Source: Gammaproteobacteria bacterium (lineage in GTDB: Bacteria > Pseudomonadota > Gammaproteobacteria > SZUA-140). Taken from it: a stretch of DNA of 64,000 bases. A program made the translations under genes and the position numbers. The stretch lies in contig JAVEZY010000001.1 of NCBI GenBank assembly GCA_034002745.1, forward strand, positions 79,428 to 143,427, given 5' to 3'. The notes under the pieces are model-generated. The model searched no databases and had not been told where the DNA came from. It was given only the letters and a program-made list of their open reading frames with translations. Positions 48,899 to 59,698 of this stretch are shown here, piece after piece. The stretch's first letter is position 1, and every line of letters begins with the position of its first letter.

Positions 48899-49822
48899 AT
48901 GCGCATCGTCTTTGCCGGCACGCCGGAGTTCGCTGCCGTTTCGCTGCGGACTCTGCTGGATGCCGGTCATCAGGTGATTGCAGTCTATACGCAGCCCGAT
49001 CGGCCGGCCGGCCGTGGCCGGCGCCTGCAAGCCAGTCCGGTGAAGGCGCTGGCTCTGGACCGCGGCATCGACGTCCGCCAGCCGGCCGGGCTGCGGGATC
49101 CCCAAGTCCATCACGAACTGCGTGAGCTGGCGCCCGACCTGATGGTGGTGGTGGCCTACGGGCTGCTGCTGCCCCCTGAAGTCCTCGCCATTCCGCGGCT
49201 GGGCTGCATCAATGTCCACGCCTCCCTGCTGCCGCGCTGGCGCGGCGCCGCTCCCATTCAGCGGGCGATCCTCGCCGGGGACACCGAAACCGGCATCACC
49301 ATCATCCGCATGGACGCCGGCCTCGATACCGGTGACATGCTGCATCGCGTTCCCTGTCCGATCCTGCCTCAGGACACCGGCGGTTCGCTGCATGATCGCC
49401 TGGCTCGGCTCGGCGGCGAGGCGCTGAATGCGGTCGTGGATCGGCTCTCCGCCGGCGTCGACGTCGAAGGCGTGGCGCAGGACGGGACGCTGGCGACTTA
49501 TGCCGCCAAACTCGATAAATCCGAGGCGCGACTCGAATGGGACATGCCGGCCTCTTTGCTCGAGCGCAAGGTTCGTGCCTTCGATCCCTGGCCTGTCGCG
49601 CACGGCGAGGTGCCGGATTTCGGCAATCTTCGCATCTGGCGTGCGACGATATTGGCTGACGGAGGCAAGCCGCCCGGGACGCTCGTGGCAGCCGGCCGCG
49701 AGGGCATCGATGTCGCAACCGGCGATGGCGTGCTGCGACTGCTGGAAGTGCAGCGTCCGGGCGGTCGCCGCCTGGCCGCAGCCGAGTTTCTCAACGCGGT
49801 GCGCAGCCGCGGCGACGTCTGA
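48899..49822 (+). CDS. fmt: Methionyl-tRNA formyltransferase
   Basis: [16 protein letters not shown]...; the ATG at 48899 follows the def stop. SLLP motif present. Confidence 0.95.
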   Translation: MRIVFAGTPEFAAVSLRTLLDAGHQVIAVYTQPDRPAGRGRRLQASPVKALALDRGIDVRQPAGLRDPQVHHELRELAPDLMVVVAYGLLLPPEVLAIPRLGCINVHASLLPRWRGAAPIQRAILAGDTETGITIIRMDAGLDTGDMLHRVPCPILPQDTGGSLHDRLARLGGEALNAVVDRLSAGVDVEGVAQDGTLATYAAKLDKSEARLEWDMPASLLERKVRAFDPWPVAHGEVPDFGNLRIWRATILADGGKPPGTLVAAGREGIDVATGDGVLRLLEVQRPGGRRLAAAEFLNAVRSRGDV

Positions 49823-49823
49823 C

Positions 49824-51146
49824 ATGAGTTCGGTGACGGATGCGCGCCACGCCGCAGTCCGGATTCTGCTCGAAGTGTATGGCTCCGGGCACTCGCTCAC
49901 CCAGGCCTGCGCCGCGACATTGTCGCAGCTTCGGGAACCGCGCGATCGCGCCCTGGCCCAGGATCTTGCGTATGGCGTATTACGCTGGGGGCCGCGCCTG
50001 GAAGCGCTGGCCGCGCAGCTGTTGCAGCGGCCCTTGGGGCGGCGCGACCTCGATGTGCATTGCCTCGTTCTGATTGGCCTGTATCAACTCGATTGCACGC
50101 GCATCCCGCCGCATGCGGCGGTTGCCGCAACGGTGGCGGTCACAGCCGTGCTCGGGAAATCCTGGGCGCGTGGTTTGATCAACGCGGTGTTGCGCCGTTT
50201 TCAGCGTGAGGCTCCCGAATTGCTCGCGCGGGTGGATGCGCGGCCGGCGACCGCCCTTGCCCACCCCGAGTGGCTGTTCGAACGCCTGCGCGCCGACTGG
50301 CCGCGGGACGCTGAAGCGATCGCGGCTGCCGCCAACGAGCGGCCGCCGATGACCCTGCGCGTCAATCGCCGGCGCATCAGTCGTGAGGAATATCTGCATT
50401 GCCTGAATGAGGCAGGGCTTGCGGCGGAAGCGCAGGCGCATTGTCCGGCGGGCATCGTGCTCGAGCATCCACAGGATGTCGGGCGCTTGCCGGGCTTCGT
50501 CGATGGACTCGTATCGGTGCAGGATGGCGCGGCGCAGCTCGCGGCTCCGTTGCTGGAGCTTCGGCCGGCGCAACGGGTGCTCGATCTGTGTGCCGCACCC
50601 GGCGGCAAGACGGCACACATCCTGGAGAGTGAGCCCGATCTCGCGCATCTGGTCGCGGTGGACATCGATGCCGCGCGCCTGCGGCGCGTGCGTGAGGGAC
50701 TGGACCGTCTCGGCTTGCACGCCGAACTGGTATGTGGCGACGGAGCGCGGCCCGAGGATTGGTGGGACGGAGTTCCCTTCGACCGCATTCTGCTCGATGC
50801 CCCATGTTCTGGAACGGGGGTTATCCGCAGGCATCCGGACATAAAGCGCCTGCGACGGCCCGAGGACATCACCACTCTCGTCGCGCGTCAGCGCGAGCTT
50901 CTGGATGCCGCCTGGACGATGCTGAAGCCGGGCGGGATGCTCTTGTATGTCACTTGCTCTATCATGCAGCAGGAAAACGACGTTCAGCTGGGAGAGTTCC
51001 TTGCCCGGCACGGCGATGCCAGAGTGCGCGAAATCGACGCGAGCTGGGGAAGGGCGCTCGGCTATGGCCGACAGATTCTTCCCGGCGCCGATGGCATGGA
51101 CGGTTTCTTCTACGGGCGCGTGGACAAGCTTCCGACCGGCGAATAG
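49824..51146 (+). CDS. rsmB: 16S rRNA (cytosine967-C5)-methyltransferase
   Basis: Start MSSVTDARHAAVRILLEV... (NusB-like N-terminus) plus a Fmu/Sun catalytic domain (DLCAAPGGKT, PCSGTG). Confidence 0.9.
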   Translation: MSSVTDARHAAVRILLEVYGSGHSLTQACAATLSQLREPRDRALAQDLAYGVLRWGPRLEALAAQLLQRPLGRRDLDVHCLVLIGLYQLDCTRIPPHAAVAATVAVTAVLGKSWARGLINAVLRRFQREAPELLARVDARPATALAHPEWLFERLRADWPRDAEAIAAAANERPPMTLRVNRRRISREEYLHCLNEAGLAAEAQAHCPAGIVLEHPQDVGRLPGFVDGLVSVQDGAAQLAAPLLELRPAQRVLDLCAAPGGKTAHILESEPDLAHLVAVDIDAARLRRVREGLDRLGLHAELVCGDGARPEDWWDGVPFDRILLDAPCSGTGVIRRHPDIKRLRRPEDITTLVARQRELLDAAWTMLKPGGMLLYVTCSIMQQENDVQLGEFLARHGDARVREIDASWGRALGYGRQILPGADGMDGFFYGRVDKLPTGE

Positions 51147-51151
51147 CAGTC

Positions 51152-51733
51152 ATGATGATGCGTTGTGCAAAGCGACTCAGTCTGATCGCGCTGTTCATGT
51201 CGGCGATCGCCATGGGCGCGCAGGAACCGGTTGCGCCGCTGCCGGAGGATGCCGGCTTCCGCGTCGAGCGGGTGTCGGTCGTGCTGCGCGACGAAGTGTA
51301 CTACCTCAACGCCGGCATCCGCCTCGTTCCGAGCGCCCCGGTGATCGAGGCTCTTCAGCGCGGCGTACCAATGCCGGTGATCATGGAGGTTGAGATCCTG
51401 CGCGAACGCTCGTATCTATGGGACGAGACGATTACCACGCTCGAGCAGCGCTATGAAGTGGATCATCACGAGCTCACCCGGCAGTACACTGTCCGCAATC
51501 TCAATATCGATACGCAATCCGCATTCCCGACGCGCGAAGGGGCGCTGGACGCGCTCGGCCGGATCGTAGATCTGCCGCTGATAGACGCCAACCTGCTCGA
51601 TCCCGCCGAGAGCTACATCGGTCGTCTGCGTGTCAGCATCGATACCGATGCGTTGCCCGTTCCGCTACGTCTTCTGGCGCTGGTTTCCTCGGAGTGGCGC
51701 CTGAGCAGTGACTGGCACGAGTGGCGCTTTTGA
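51152..51733 (+). CDS. DUF4390 domain protein
   Basis: MMMRCAKRLSLIALFMSAIAMG (signal peptide). It occupies the conserved slot between rsmB and the NtrY-type kinase. The start coordinate was derived from ORF frame arithmetic. Confidence 0.7.
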   Translation: MMMRCAKRLSLIALFMSAIAMGAQEPVAPLPEDAGFRVERVSVVLRDEVYYLNAGIRLVPSAPVIEALQRGVPMPVIMEVEILRERSYLWDETITTLEQRYEVDHHELTRQYTVRNLNIDTQSAFPTREGALDALGRIVDLPLIDANLLDPAESYIGRLRVSIDTDALPVPLRLLALVSSEWRLSSDWHEWRF

Positions 51734-53940
51734 ATCCGGGGCGACTGACACAGGGTGTTCTGCCCATTGTCGCATTGTCCGTGCTGCTGCTCGCGTCGCT
51801 TTATCTCATGGGAGTGGCGACGCGCAACTCGGAAGAATTCGGGCGTCTCTACCTCGCTCTCCTGGCGGTGAATCTCGTTGGCCTGATCACCCTGGTGGTG
51901 CTGATCGGGGTCAATCTGGCTCGTCTGGTGAGGCAGTATCGGACCCGGGTCGTCGGTTCCCGGCTCACCGCCCGCCTGGTGGGCATGTTCGTCGTGCTCG
52001 CTCTGCTGCCGGGCGCGGTCGTCTACTATTTCTCACAGGAGTTCATTGCGCGCGGAGTCGATAGCTGGTTCGATGTGCGGTTCGAACGTGCTTTCGATGA
52101 CGCGCTCGAGCTCAGCCGCATTTCTCTCGATGAGCGCAAGCGTGAGTATCTGCGTCGAACCGGTCAGATCGCGGGCGCGCTCGCGGACATGGGGGCGGAC
52201 CGCCTGACGAGCGGGCTGAATGAGCTGCGCCTTGTCAACGACGCCCAGGAGCTGACTCTGGTGGGTGGAGGCGGGCACATTCTCGCCTTCAGCAGCGCCA
52301 ATCCGCTGGAAATCGTCCCCGATATGCCCTCCGAAAGCGTGATGCGCCAGGTGCGTCAGGGAGGAAGTTATATCGGCCTCGATGCCGCCGCTCCCTTCGA
52401 TCTGCGCTTTCGTGTGCTTGTGACGCTCCCGGCTTCCGGCCGCGTGGAGGAAATCCGTCTGCTGCAGGCGCTTTATCCGGTATCCGGCCACATGAGTGCG
52501 CTTGCCGAAAGCGTGGAAGAGGCTTCGAGCCGTTACCGACAGCTCGATTACCTGCGTGGACCGCTCAAGAGCAGTTTTCTGCTCACGCTTTCGCTGGTGC
52601 TGTTGCTCAGCCTGTTGCTGTCGGTATGGACTGCGTTCTTCTTCGCGCGTCGCCTGGTCGCGCCCATCCGGGTCCTCGCCATCGGTACGCGGGCGGTGGC
52701 TTCAGGTGACTATGACCGGCAACTGCCACAGCACTCCAGTGATGAAATGGGATTCCTGGTGCAATCGTTCAACGACATGACACGGCGGCTGTCGAGCGCA
52801 CGAGATGAGGCGCGCCAGAGTCAGCGTCAGGCAGAGGACGAACGGGCCTATCTGCGGGCTGTGCTGGGCCGGCTTTCGTCCGGCGTGCTGACGCTCGACC
52901 GCAGGCGCATCGTGCGTACCGCGAACCAGGCGGCGGCGCAGATCCTCGGCGCCGATCTTCGCCCCTACATCTCGCGTCCGCTGGTCACCATCGGTTCCGA
53001 TCATGGTCATCTGATGCCGTTCATCGATGCGATACGGCCGCATCTCGGTACCGACACCGATTGGCGCAAGGAGATTTCGATTGACGGTCCGTTCGGCCGC
53101 CGCGTCCTGATGTGCGGAGGCGCGACCCTGTCCGGCAATGAGCGTCAGGGCAGCGGCACGGTGCTGGTGTTCGAAGACGTCACCGCGCTGATCCAGGCTC
53201 AGCGCGATGCGGCCTGGGGCGAAGTGGCGCGCCGCCTGGCACACGAAATCAAAAATCCGCTGACGCCGATCCGGCTGTCAGCGGAGCGGCTGCGACACAA
53301 GTACCTGCGCGAAATGGATCCCGCCGATGCGGAAGTGCTCGATCGCTCCACTCACACCATCGTGCAGCAGGTCCAGGTCATGGAGGAGATGGTCAAGGCC
53401 TTCTCCGATTACGCGCGTACGCCGCAGTTGCGCCTGCAGCGGCTCGATCTGCGCCGACTGGTCGAGGAAGTGCTTGATCTGTATCGTGGAGAGGCGACGG
53501 CGGCAAGGTTCTCGACCGATTTCGGTCCCGGACTGCCGCCGGTTCGGGTGGACGCGGGCCGCATGCGCCAGCTGTTGCACAATGTGATCAAGAACGCGCT
53601 CGAGGCCGCGGCCCCAGGGCAGCGCTGTGAAATTGCAATTTCGGCTCGGGTGCTCTCGCCCGAAAGCGGACGCATGGAGCTACGCATCGAGGACAATGGC
53701 CCCGGCTTTCCTTCCGCCATGAGCGGGCAGTTTTTCGAGCCCTACATAACCACCAAGCACAAGGGCACCGGATTGGGATTGGCGGTGGTGAAGAAGATCG
53801 TCGAAGAGCATGGCGGCAGTGTCTGGGCGGAGAATGCGCCCGCGGGCGGCGCCGTGATAGTGATAACGCTGCCGCTCGACGATGCCGCGCGCGAGCCCGG
53901 CGCCGGGGAAGAGCGTGGCGAAGGACAGGTGCGATCATGA
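51721..53940 (+). CDS. ntrY: NtrY-type sensor histidine kinase (TM, HAMP, PAS, HisKA, HATPase)
   Basis: 739 aa with N-terminal TM helices, H-box AHEIKNPLTPI, and G-boxes in the HATPase domain. GTG start that overlaps the DUF4390 gene end by 13 nt. Confidence 0.8.
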   Translation: MALLNPGRLTQGVLPIVALSVLLLASLYLMGVATRNSEEFGRLYLALLAVNLVGLITLVVLIGVNLARLVRQYRTRVVGSRLTARLVGMFVVLALLPGAVVYYFSQEFIARGVDSWFDVRFERAFDDALELSRISLDERKREYLRRTGQIAGALADMGADRLTSGLNELRLVNDAQELTLVGGGGHILAFSSANPLEIVPDMPSESVMRQVRQGGSYIGLDAAAPFDLRFRVLVTLPASGRVEEIRLLQALYPVSGHMSALAESVEEASSRYRQLDYLRGPLKSSFLLTLSLVLLLSLLLSVWTAFFFARRLVAPIRVLAIGTRAVASGDYDRQLPQHSSDEMGFLVQSFNDMTRRLSSARDEARQSQRQAEDERAYLRAVLGRLSSGVLTLDRRRIVRTANQAAAQILGADLRPYISRPLVTIGSDHGHLMPFIDAIRPHLGTDTDWRKEISIDGPFGRRVLMCGGATLSGNERQGSGTVLVFEDVTALIQAQRDAAWGEVARRLAHEIKNPLTPIRLSAERLRHKYLREMDPADAEVLDRSTHTIVQQVQVMEEMVKAFSDYARTPQLRLQRLDLRRLVEEVLDLYRGEATAARFSTDFGPGLPPVRVDAGRMRQLLHNVIKNALEAAAPGQRCEIAISARVLSPESGRMELRIEDNGPGFPSAMSGQFFEPYITTKHKGTGLGLAVVKKIVEEHGGSVWAENAPAGGAVIVITLPLDDAAREPGAGEERGEGQVRS

Positions 53941-55286
53941 GTGCCCACATACTGGTCATCGATGACGAGCGCGACATCGGCGAGACGGTCCGCGACATTC
54001 TCGTCGATGAAGGTTACGAGGTCAGCCTGGCCGAAACCGCCGAGGAGGCGCGCAGGGCGCGTCGCGCACGACGTCCGGATCTGGTCCTCATGGATGTATG
54101 GCTGCCGGATACCGATGGGGTGACTCTGCTTCGTGAATGGAAGCAGCAGATCGGCTTCACGGCTCCGGTGATCATGATTTCCGGCCATGCCACGGTGGAG
54201 ACCGCGGTCGAGGCAACGCGTCTCGGCGCCTATGATTTCATCGAGAAGCCGCTGTCGCTGTCGAAGCTCCTACTCACGGTGCAGCGCGCGCTGGAAGCCG
54301 ACAGGCTGCATCGGGAGAACATCGATCTTCGTCGCCAGACGCAGACCTTGCCCGAACCCGTCGGTGGCAGTCTCATCATGCGGGCGCTGCGCGATCAGGC
54401 GCAGCGCATCGCCCGTCACCACGCCTGGGTGCTCATCAGCGGCGAGGCGGGGGCGGGAAAGGAACTGCTTGCACGCTACCTGCATGCCAGCGGCCCGCGC
54501 AGCAACGGTCCCTTCGTCGAGGTCGGTGTGGCTACGCTGGCCAGCGAGAATGCGGCGGTGGCGCTGTTCGGCTCCGAGCAGGGCAGCGATGTGCGCTATG
54601 GTTATCTGGAGCAGGCCAATGGCGGCACGCTGTTTCTGGGTGAAGTGGCCGACATGGATCCCGCGGTGCAGACCAAGCTGCTCGGTGCGCTGGAGAGCAA
54701 GTCTTTCGTGCGCGTCGGCGGCAGGGAGCCCGTACAGTTCGATGCGCGGGTGGTGGCGGCCACCCATCACGATCTGCAGGAGCACCTTGCCGCAGGCCGC
54801 TTCCGCGAGGATCTCTATTACCAGTTGAACGTGGTGCCGCTGCGGGTGGCGCCGCTGCGGGACCATGCGGAAGACGTCCCGGAGCTGCTCGAGCACTATG
54901 TCGAACTGTTCGTCCACCAGGACAACCTGCCGCGGCGGCGATTCACCGATGGCGCCCTGCGGCGCCTGTGCATGCATGACTGGCCCGGAAATGTGCGCGA
55001 GCTGAAGAATCTGGTGCAGCGCCTGCTGATACTCGGAACCGGAGAGGAAATCGATGCGTCTGAGGTCGAGGACGCGCTCGCCGGGCGTGCGCGACAGACG
55101 GCATTGCCGATCAGCTTCGACGCGCCCCTGCGCGCGGCGCGGATGGAATTCGAGCGCGCCTACTTCGAGTATCAACTCGAAGCTCTCGGCGGGAACGTGG
55201 CGGAAGTCGCTCAGCGCGCGGGCATCGAACGCACTCATCTATATCGTAAACTGCGCATGCTGGGCATCAAGCCCCGCAACGATTAG
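53937..55286 (+). CDS. ntrX: NtrX-type response regulator (REC, AAA+, Fis-like HTH)
   Basis: ATGA overlap with ntrY. REC domain (DDERDIG...D..LPD), Walker A GEAGAGKE. The GAFTGA sigma54-contact loop is absent (ALFGSEQGSDVRYG), as is typical of NtrX. Confidence 0.85.
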   Translation: MSAHILVIDDERDIGETVRDILVDEGYEVSLAETAEEARRARRARRPDLVLMDVWLPDTDGVTLLREWKQQIGFTAPVIMISGHATVETAVEATRLGAYDFIEKPLSLSKLLLTVQRALEADRLHRENIDLRRQTQTLPEPVGGSLIMRALRDQAQRIARHHAWVLISGEAGAGKELLARYLHASGPRSNGPFVEVGVATLASENAAVALFGSEQGSDVRYGYLEQANGGTLFLGEVADMDPAVQTKLLGALESKSFVRVGGREPVQFDARVVAATHHDLQEHLAAGRFREDLYYQLNVVPLRVAPLRDHAEDVPELLEHYVELFVHQDNLPRRRFTDGALRRLCMHDWPGNVRELKNLVQRLLILGTGEEIDASEVEDALAGRARQTALPISFDAPLRAARMEFERAYFEYQLEALGGNVAEVAQRAGIERTHLYRKLRMLGIKPRND

Positions 55287-55304
55287 TCAACGAAGTCGAG
55301 GCCA

Positions 55305-56678
55305 ATGAAGATCATCGTGCTTGGTGCTGGACAGGTCGGGGCTTCGGTGGCGGAGACGCTGTCGAACGAAGCCAACGATATTACCGTTGTCGACAGCGAT
55401 CCGCGCCGGCTGCACGATCTGCAGGAGCGTCACGATCTGCGTACGGTGATGGGCGAGGCGGCGCATCCCGGGGTGCTTCGCCGAGCTGGCGCGGAAGACG
55501 CCGATATGATCATCGCCGTGACCAACAGCGACGAAACCAATATGATCGCCTGCCAGGTGGCTTACTCGCTGTTCCATACGCCAACCAAGATCGCGCGGGT
55601 GCGGGCGCGCGATTATCTGGATGCGCCGGATCTGTTCAGTCAGGAGGCGTTGCCGATCGATGTGGTGATCAGTCCGGAAAAACTGGTCATCGATCAGCTG
55701 CAAAGACTGATCGAGTATCCCGGCGCGCTGCAGGTTCTCGATTTCGCCGGAGGGCGGGCGCAGCTGGTGGCGACAGAGGCCTACTATGGCGGTCCTCTGG
55801 TCGGGCATCAGCTTCGTGATCTGGCAACCCGCATTCCGGGCGACAGGGCCCGGGTGGCCGCCATCTTCCGTCGCGGCGCTCCCATCATTCCCCAGGGCGA
55901 TACGGTGATCGAGGTCGATGACGAGGTCTTCTTCATCGCCGCGACGCGCGACATTCGCGTGGTGATGGGCGAGATGAGGCGTCTCGACCGCGAGGTGCGC
56001 CGCATCATGCTGGTCGGCGGGGGAAATATCGGGCTTGGTCTGGCGGCGGCCCTCGAACAGCGTTATCACGTCAAGGTGATCGAGCACGATCCTGCGAGGG
56101 TGCAGCGCATTTCACAGGAGCTCGGTCGCAGTCTCGTGTTGCTCGGCGACGCCGCCGACGAGGATCTGCTGGTCGAGGAGAACATCGAGAACACCGATGT
56201 GTTCTGCGCCGTGACCAATGACGATGAGGCGAACATCCTGTCCGGAATGCTGGCCAAGCGCCTCGGCGCCCGCAAGGTGATCTCGCTGATCAATCGCGGA
56301 GCCTATGTCGATCTGGTGCAAAGCGGCGACATAGACATTGCCATTTCTCCCTACCACGCCACCATCGGTACCCTGCTGGCGCATATTCGGCGCGGCGACG
56401 TGGTGATGGTGCACTCTCTGCGTCGCGGCGCCGCAGAAGCGATCGAGGCGGTGGCGCATGGGGACCGCAAGACATCGCGTGTAGTGGATCGCGCGGTGGG
56501 CGAGATCCGGCTGCCACCGCAGACGACCATCGGCGCCATCGTGCGCGGCGACGACGTCATCATGGCCCATCACGACACCGTCATCGAGGCCGAGGATCAC
56601 GTCATCCTGTTCGTGGTCGACAAGAAGCGCATTGCCGAGGTGGAACGTCTGTTCCAGGTCGGCGTGACCTTCTTCTGA
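55305..56678 (+). CDS. trkA: Trk system potassium uptake protein TrkA
   Basis: [19 protein letters not shown]...; tandem RCK N/C domains, 457 aa. Confidence 0.9.
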   Translation: MKIIVLGAGQVGASVAETLSNEANDITVVDSDPRRLHDLQERHDLRTVMGEAAHPGVLRRAGAEDADMIIAVTNSDETNMIACQVAYSLFHTPTKIARVRARDYLDAPDLFSQEALPIDVVISPEKLVIDQLQRLIEYPGALQVLDFAGGRAQLVATEAYYGGPLVGHQLRDLATRIPGDRARVAAIFRRGAPIIPQGDTVIEVDDEVFFIAATRDIRVVMGEMRRLDREVRRIMLVGGGNIGLGLAAALEQRYHVKVIEHDPARVQRISQELGRSLVLLGDAADEDLLVEENIENTDVFCAVTNDDEANILSGMLAKRLGARKVISLINRGAYVDLVQSGDIDIAISPYHATIGTLLAHIRRGDVVMVHSLRRGAAEAIEAVAHGDRKTSRVVDRAVGEIRLPPQTTIGAIVRGDDVIMAHHDTVIEAEDHVILFVVDKKRIAEVERLFQVGVTFF

Positions 56679-56711
56679 CACGGCGGCGAATCCGCCACGG
56701 CGGGAGCGGGT

Positions 56712-58151
56712 ATGCAGCTGCGCGCCATACAGTACATTGTCTTCCTGGGGCTGACTCTGTTCAGCCTGTCCATGATGCCGCCGGCGGTGATCGCGCTGGC
56801 GCAGGGCGAGGACACGGGCTTCGTGTTCCTCGCGTGCGGCCTTGTGCTGGCGGCGATCGGCGTCGGTGGATGGCTGCCGGTTCGCAATCGCCCCGTCGAA
56901 CTGCGCTTGCGCGACGGCTTTCTGGTGGTGGTGGCATTGTGGGGCGCGATCGGGCTTGCCGGCATGGTGCCATTCCTGTTCACGCCAGGCCTGGCGCCGA
57001 TGGATGCGCTTTTCGAATCGGTTTCGGGGCTCACTACCACCGGCGCCACCGTAATTCCCGGGCTCGATGAGCTGCCACGCTCTACGCTTTTCTATCGACA
57101 GCAACTGCAGTGGATCGGCGGCATGGGCGTCATCGTGCTTGCCGCGGCGATCATGCCCATGCTGGGCATCGGCGGCATGCAGCTTTATCGCGCCTGGACC
57201 CCGGGTCCCATGAAGTACAACAAACTGTCCGCGCGTCTGGCGCAGAGTGCCCGCGGGTTGTGGTATGTGTATCTCGGATTCACCGTGGCCTGTGCGCTGG
57301 GCTACTGGCTGGCCGGAATGACTCTTTTCGATGCCGTGGCTCACGCGATGTCCACCGTGTCCCTGGGCGGATTCTCGACTCATGATGCGAACTTCGCCTG
57401 GTTCGGGAGTCCCGCGATCGAGGCCGTGGCGGTCGCTTTCATGCTGCTTGCAGGGGTCAATTTCGCTCTCCATTTTCTCGTCTGGCGGGGCGGTACGCTG
57501 CGCCCCTATCGGGAGAGCGCGGAGCTGAAGGCTTACCTGCTGTTCCTGGCCTTCGTCGCCTCTCTGACCGTGCTGTCCCTCGCCATGACGGCCTTCGAAT
57601 TCACCTATGCGGCACGGCATGGAATTTTTGCGGCGGTATCGATGATGGTAACGGCGGGATTCACCTCCACTGATCATCACCTCTGGCCGCTGTTCGTGCC
57701 CCTGCTGCTGCTGATGGCTAGCTTTGTCGGCGGCTGCGCCGGTTCGCCCGCGGGTGGTTTGAAGGTGTTCCGGGTGCTGCTGTTGATGAAGCAGGTGGGA
57801 CGCGAGGTCCGCCGGCTGGTGCATCCCAATGCCGCCTTTTTCATCCGGATAGGCAATCAGGATGCGAACGCCGAGGTGATCGACGCAGTGTGGGGTTATT
57901 TTTCGCTGTATATGTTCAGCTTCGTCGCCATGACCGTGGTCTTGAACATGTCGGGCATGGATATGGTCACGGCGTTCTCGGCGGTCGCTGCCTGTATCAA
58001 CAATCTCGGCCCGGGACTGGGCGAGGTAGCGCACGATTATGCCGAGCTCGATGGCGGCGCCAAGGCGATATTGTGTGCGGCGATGTTGATCGGGCGCCTG
58101 GAGATCTTTACTCTGCTTCTGTTGCTGACACCCGGATTCTGGAGAAAGTGA
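56712..58151 (+). CDS. trkH: Trk system potassium uptake protein TrkH
   Basis: 479 aa polytopic membrane protein of the TrkH/KtrB family, with MPM repeats and GxGG selectivity-filter-like motifs (e.g. SLGGFS). Confidence 0.9.
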   Translation: MQLRAIQYIVFLGLTLFSLSMMPPAVIALAQGEDTGFVFLACGLVLAAIGVGGWLPVRNRPVELRLRDGFLVVVALWGAIGLAGMVPFLFTPGLAPMDALFESVSGLTTTGATVIPGLDELPRSTLFYRQQLQWIGGMGVIVLAAAIMPMLGIGGMQLYRAWTPGPMKYNKLSARLAQSARGLWYVYLGFTVACALGYWLAGMTLFDAVAHAMSTVSLGGFSTHDANFAWFGSPAIEAVAVAFMLLAGVNFALHFLVWRGGTLRPYRESAELKAYLLFLAFVASLTVLSLAMTAFEFTYAARHGIFAAVSMMVTAGFTSTDHHLWPLFVPLLLLMASFVGGCAGSPAGGLKVFRVLLLMKQVGREVRRLVHPNAAFFIRIGNQDANAEVIDAVWGYFSLYMFSFVAMTVVLNMSGMDMVTAFSAVAACINNLGPGLGEVAHDYAELDGGAKAILCAAMLIGRLEIFTLLLLLTPGFWRK

Positions 58152-58738
58152 TGGAAGACGCCAGGGAAAAGTGGGATGCGATCTATCGCGACAAGACCCA
58201 GCTGCCTGCGCCTGCGACGCGGGTGCTTGCAGAGAACCTGCACCTGCTGCCCGAGGGTGGCGATGCGCTCGAGCTGGCCTGCGGCCTGGCGGGAAATGCC
58301 ACCCTGCTCGCGCAGCGCGGATTCAGCGCGCACGCCTGGGATATCTCCCCGGTGGTCACCGCGCGTCTGACGGAGTTCGCGCGCGCGAACGGTCTCCCGC
58401 TGCAAGCGCAGGCGCGGGACCTGGTTGCGTCACCTCCGCAGCCGAACAGCTGGGATGTGATCGTGGTCGCTCACTTTCTGGATCGCGGTCTGTTCCCGTT
58501 CATTACGGCGGCACTGCGACCCGGCGGTCTGCTCTTCTATCAGACGTTCACCCGCAGCAGTGTGACCGGCACCGGACCGAAGAACCTCGACTTCCGGCTG
58601 GCTTCCAATGAACTGCTTTCACTGTGCGCGGGATTGGAGGTGCTGGTATATCGCGAAGAGGGATTGGCCGGTGACATCCGACAGGGGCTGCGCGATGAGG
58701 CGCTGATCGTTGCGCGGCGCAGCGAGCGCGATCAGTAG
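58151..58738 (+). CDS. Class I SAM-dependent methyltransferase (small, TehB/TPMT-like)
   Basis: Start MEDAREKWDAIYRDK... overlapping the trkH stop (TGATG); motif I LELACGLAGN. Confidence 0.7.
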   Translation: MEDAREKWDAIYRDKTQLPAPATRVLAENLHLLPEGGDALELACGLAGNATLLAQRGFSAHAWDISPVVTARLTEFARANGLPLQAQARDLVASPPQPNSWDVIVVAHFLDRGLFPFITAALRPGGLLFYQTFTRSSVTGTGPKNLDFRLASNELLSLCAGLEVLVYREEGLAGDIRQGLRDEALIVARRSERDQ

Positions 58739-59613
58739 CGGGGCGACATGCCATCAGGGCGGGTTCGAAACCGCTTGTAGTTCCACTGGTACTGTTCGGG
58801 GGCGCGGCGTACGCAGGCTTCGACGCCGGCATTCATCGCCGTGCATACGCTGACCGTGTCATCGCGCCTGAAGTCGCTGGTCATGGGCGAGAAGTGGATG
58901 CGGAATCCCGCGCCGCGAGGCAGACGCTCGGAGTGAACGAAGAACACCGGAACCTCGTATTTCTCCAGTAGCCGCGGCAGCAGCGTCATGGTGTAGGCAT
59001 CGACCCCGAAGAACGGCGCAAACACGCCGCTTCCCGCCTGCGGCTCCTGGTCGGGCAGAAGTCCGATGAATTCCCCTCTGCCGAGTGCGCGATATAGGTG
59101 GCGGATGCCACCCGCGCTGGTCGGCACCAGGCGGGCGCCGAAGCGCTCACGCGAACCGCGCATGTACTCTTCCAGGCCCTTCATGCGCGGCGGACGGTAG
59201 AGGCTGGTGAGCGGATAGAGGGTGGAGCAGTAGAGGCCGACGAGCTCCCAGTTGCCGAGATGCGGCGTCATCAGGATGGCTCCTCGGCCGTCACGCAGGG
59301 CGGCGTCGACCGGCTCGCGTCCGTCCACGGCTTTCACCAGGCTGAGTACGCGATCCGGCGGCCAGTGCCAGAGTGCGCCGGTCTCGGCCACGGTGCGGCC
59401 GGTCCCGCGCAGCGAGCGCGAAGCCAGGCGGCGCTGCTCCGAAGGGCTCAGTTCGGGAAAGCACAATTCCACATTGCGATGGGTAATGGTGCGGATGCGT
59501 CCCGGAACGACCGCCAGTAGACCGCCCAGCGCGGCGCCAAGCGCGTGTGCGCCACGCAGTGGCAGCGCGGCGCAAAGCCGCATGAACAGCCTGATGATCG
59601 TTTCGCGCTTCAA
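58732..59613 (-). CDS. Lysophospholipid/lipid A acyltransferase (LpxL/LpxM/HtrB family)
   Basis: 293 aa with the HX4D-type acyltransferase region (TPHLGNWE) and an N-terminal TM helix. Confidence 0.75.
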   Translation of the reverse strand: MKRETIIRLFMRLCAALPLRGAHALGAALGGLLAVVPGRIRTITHRNVELCFPELSPSEQRRLASRSLRGTGRTVAETGALWHWPPDRVLSLVKAVDGREPVDAALRDGRGAILMTPHLGNWELVGLYCSTLYPLTSLYRPPRMKGLEEYMRGSRERFGARLVPTSAGGIRHLYRALGRGEFIGLLPDQEPQAGSGVFAPFFGVDAYTMTLLPRLLEKYEVPVFFVHSERLPRGAGFRIHFSPMTSDFRRDDTVSVCTAMNAGVEACVRRAPEQYQWNYKRFRTRPDGMSPRY

Positions 59614-59698
59614 AACCGCGTCCTGGCCTGTGGGGCGTTCCGTTTTGGGGGTATCATATCAGGTTTGATTCAATCGCCAGTCGGCTCGAGGTGGGGCA

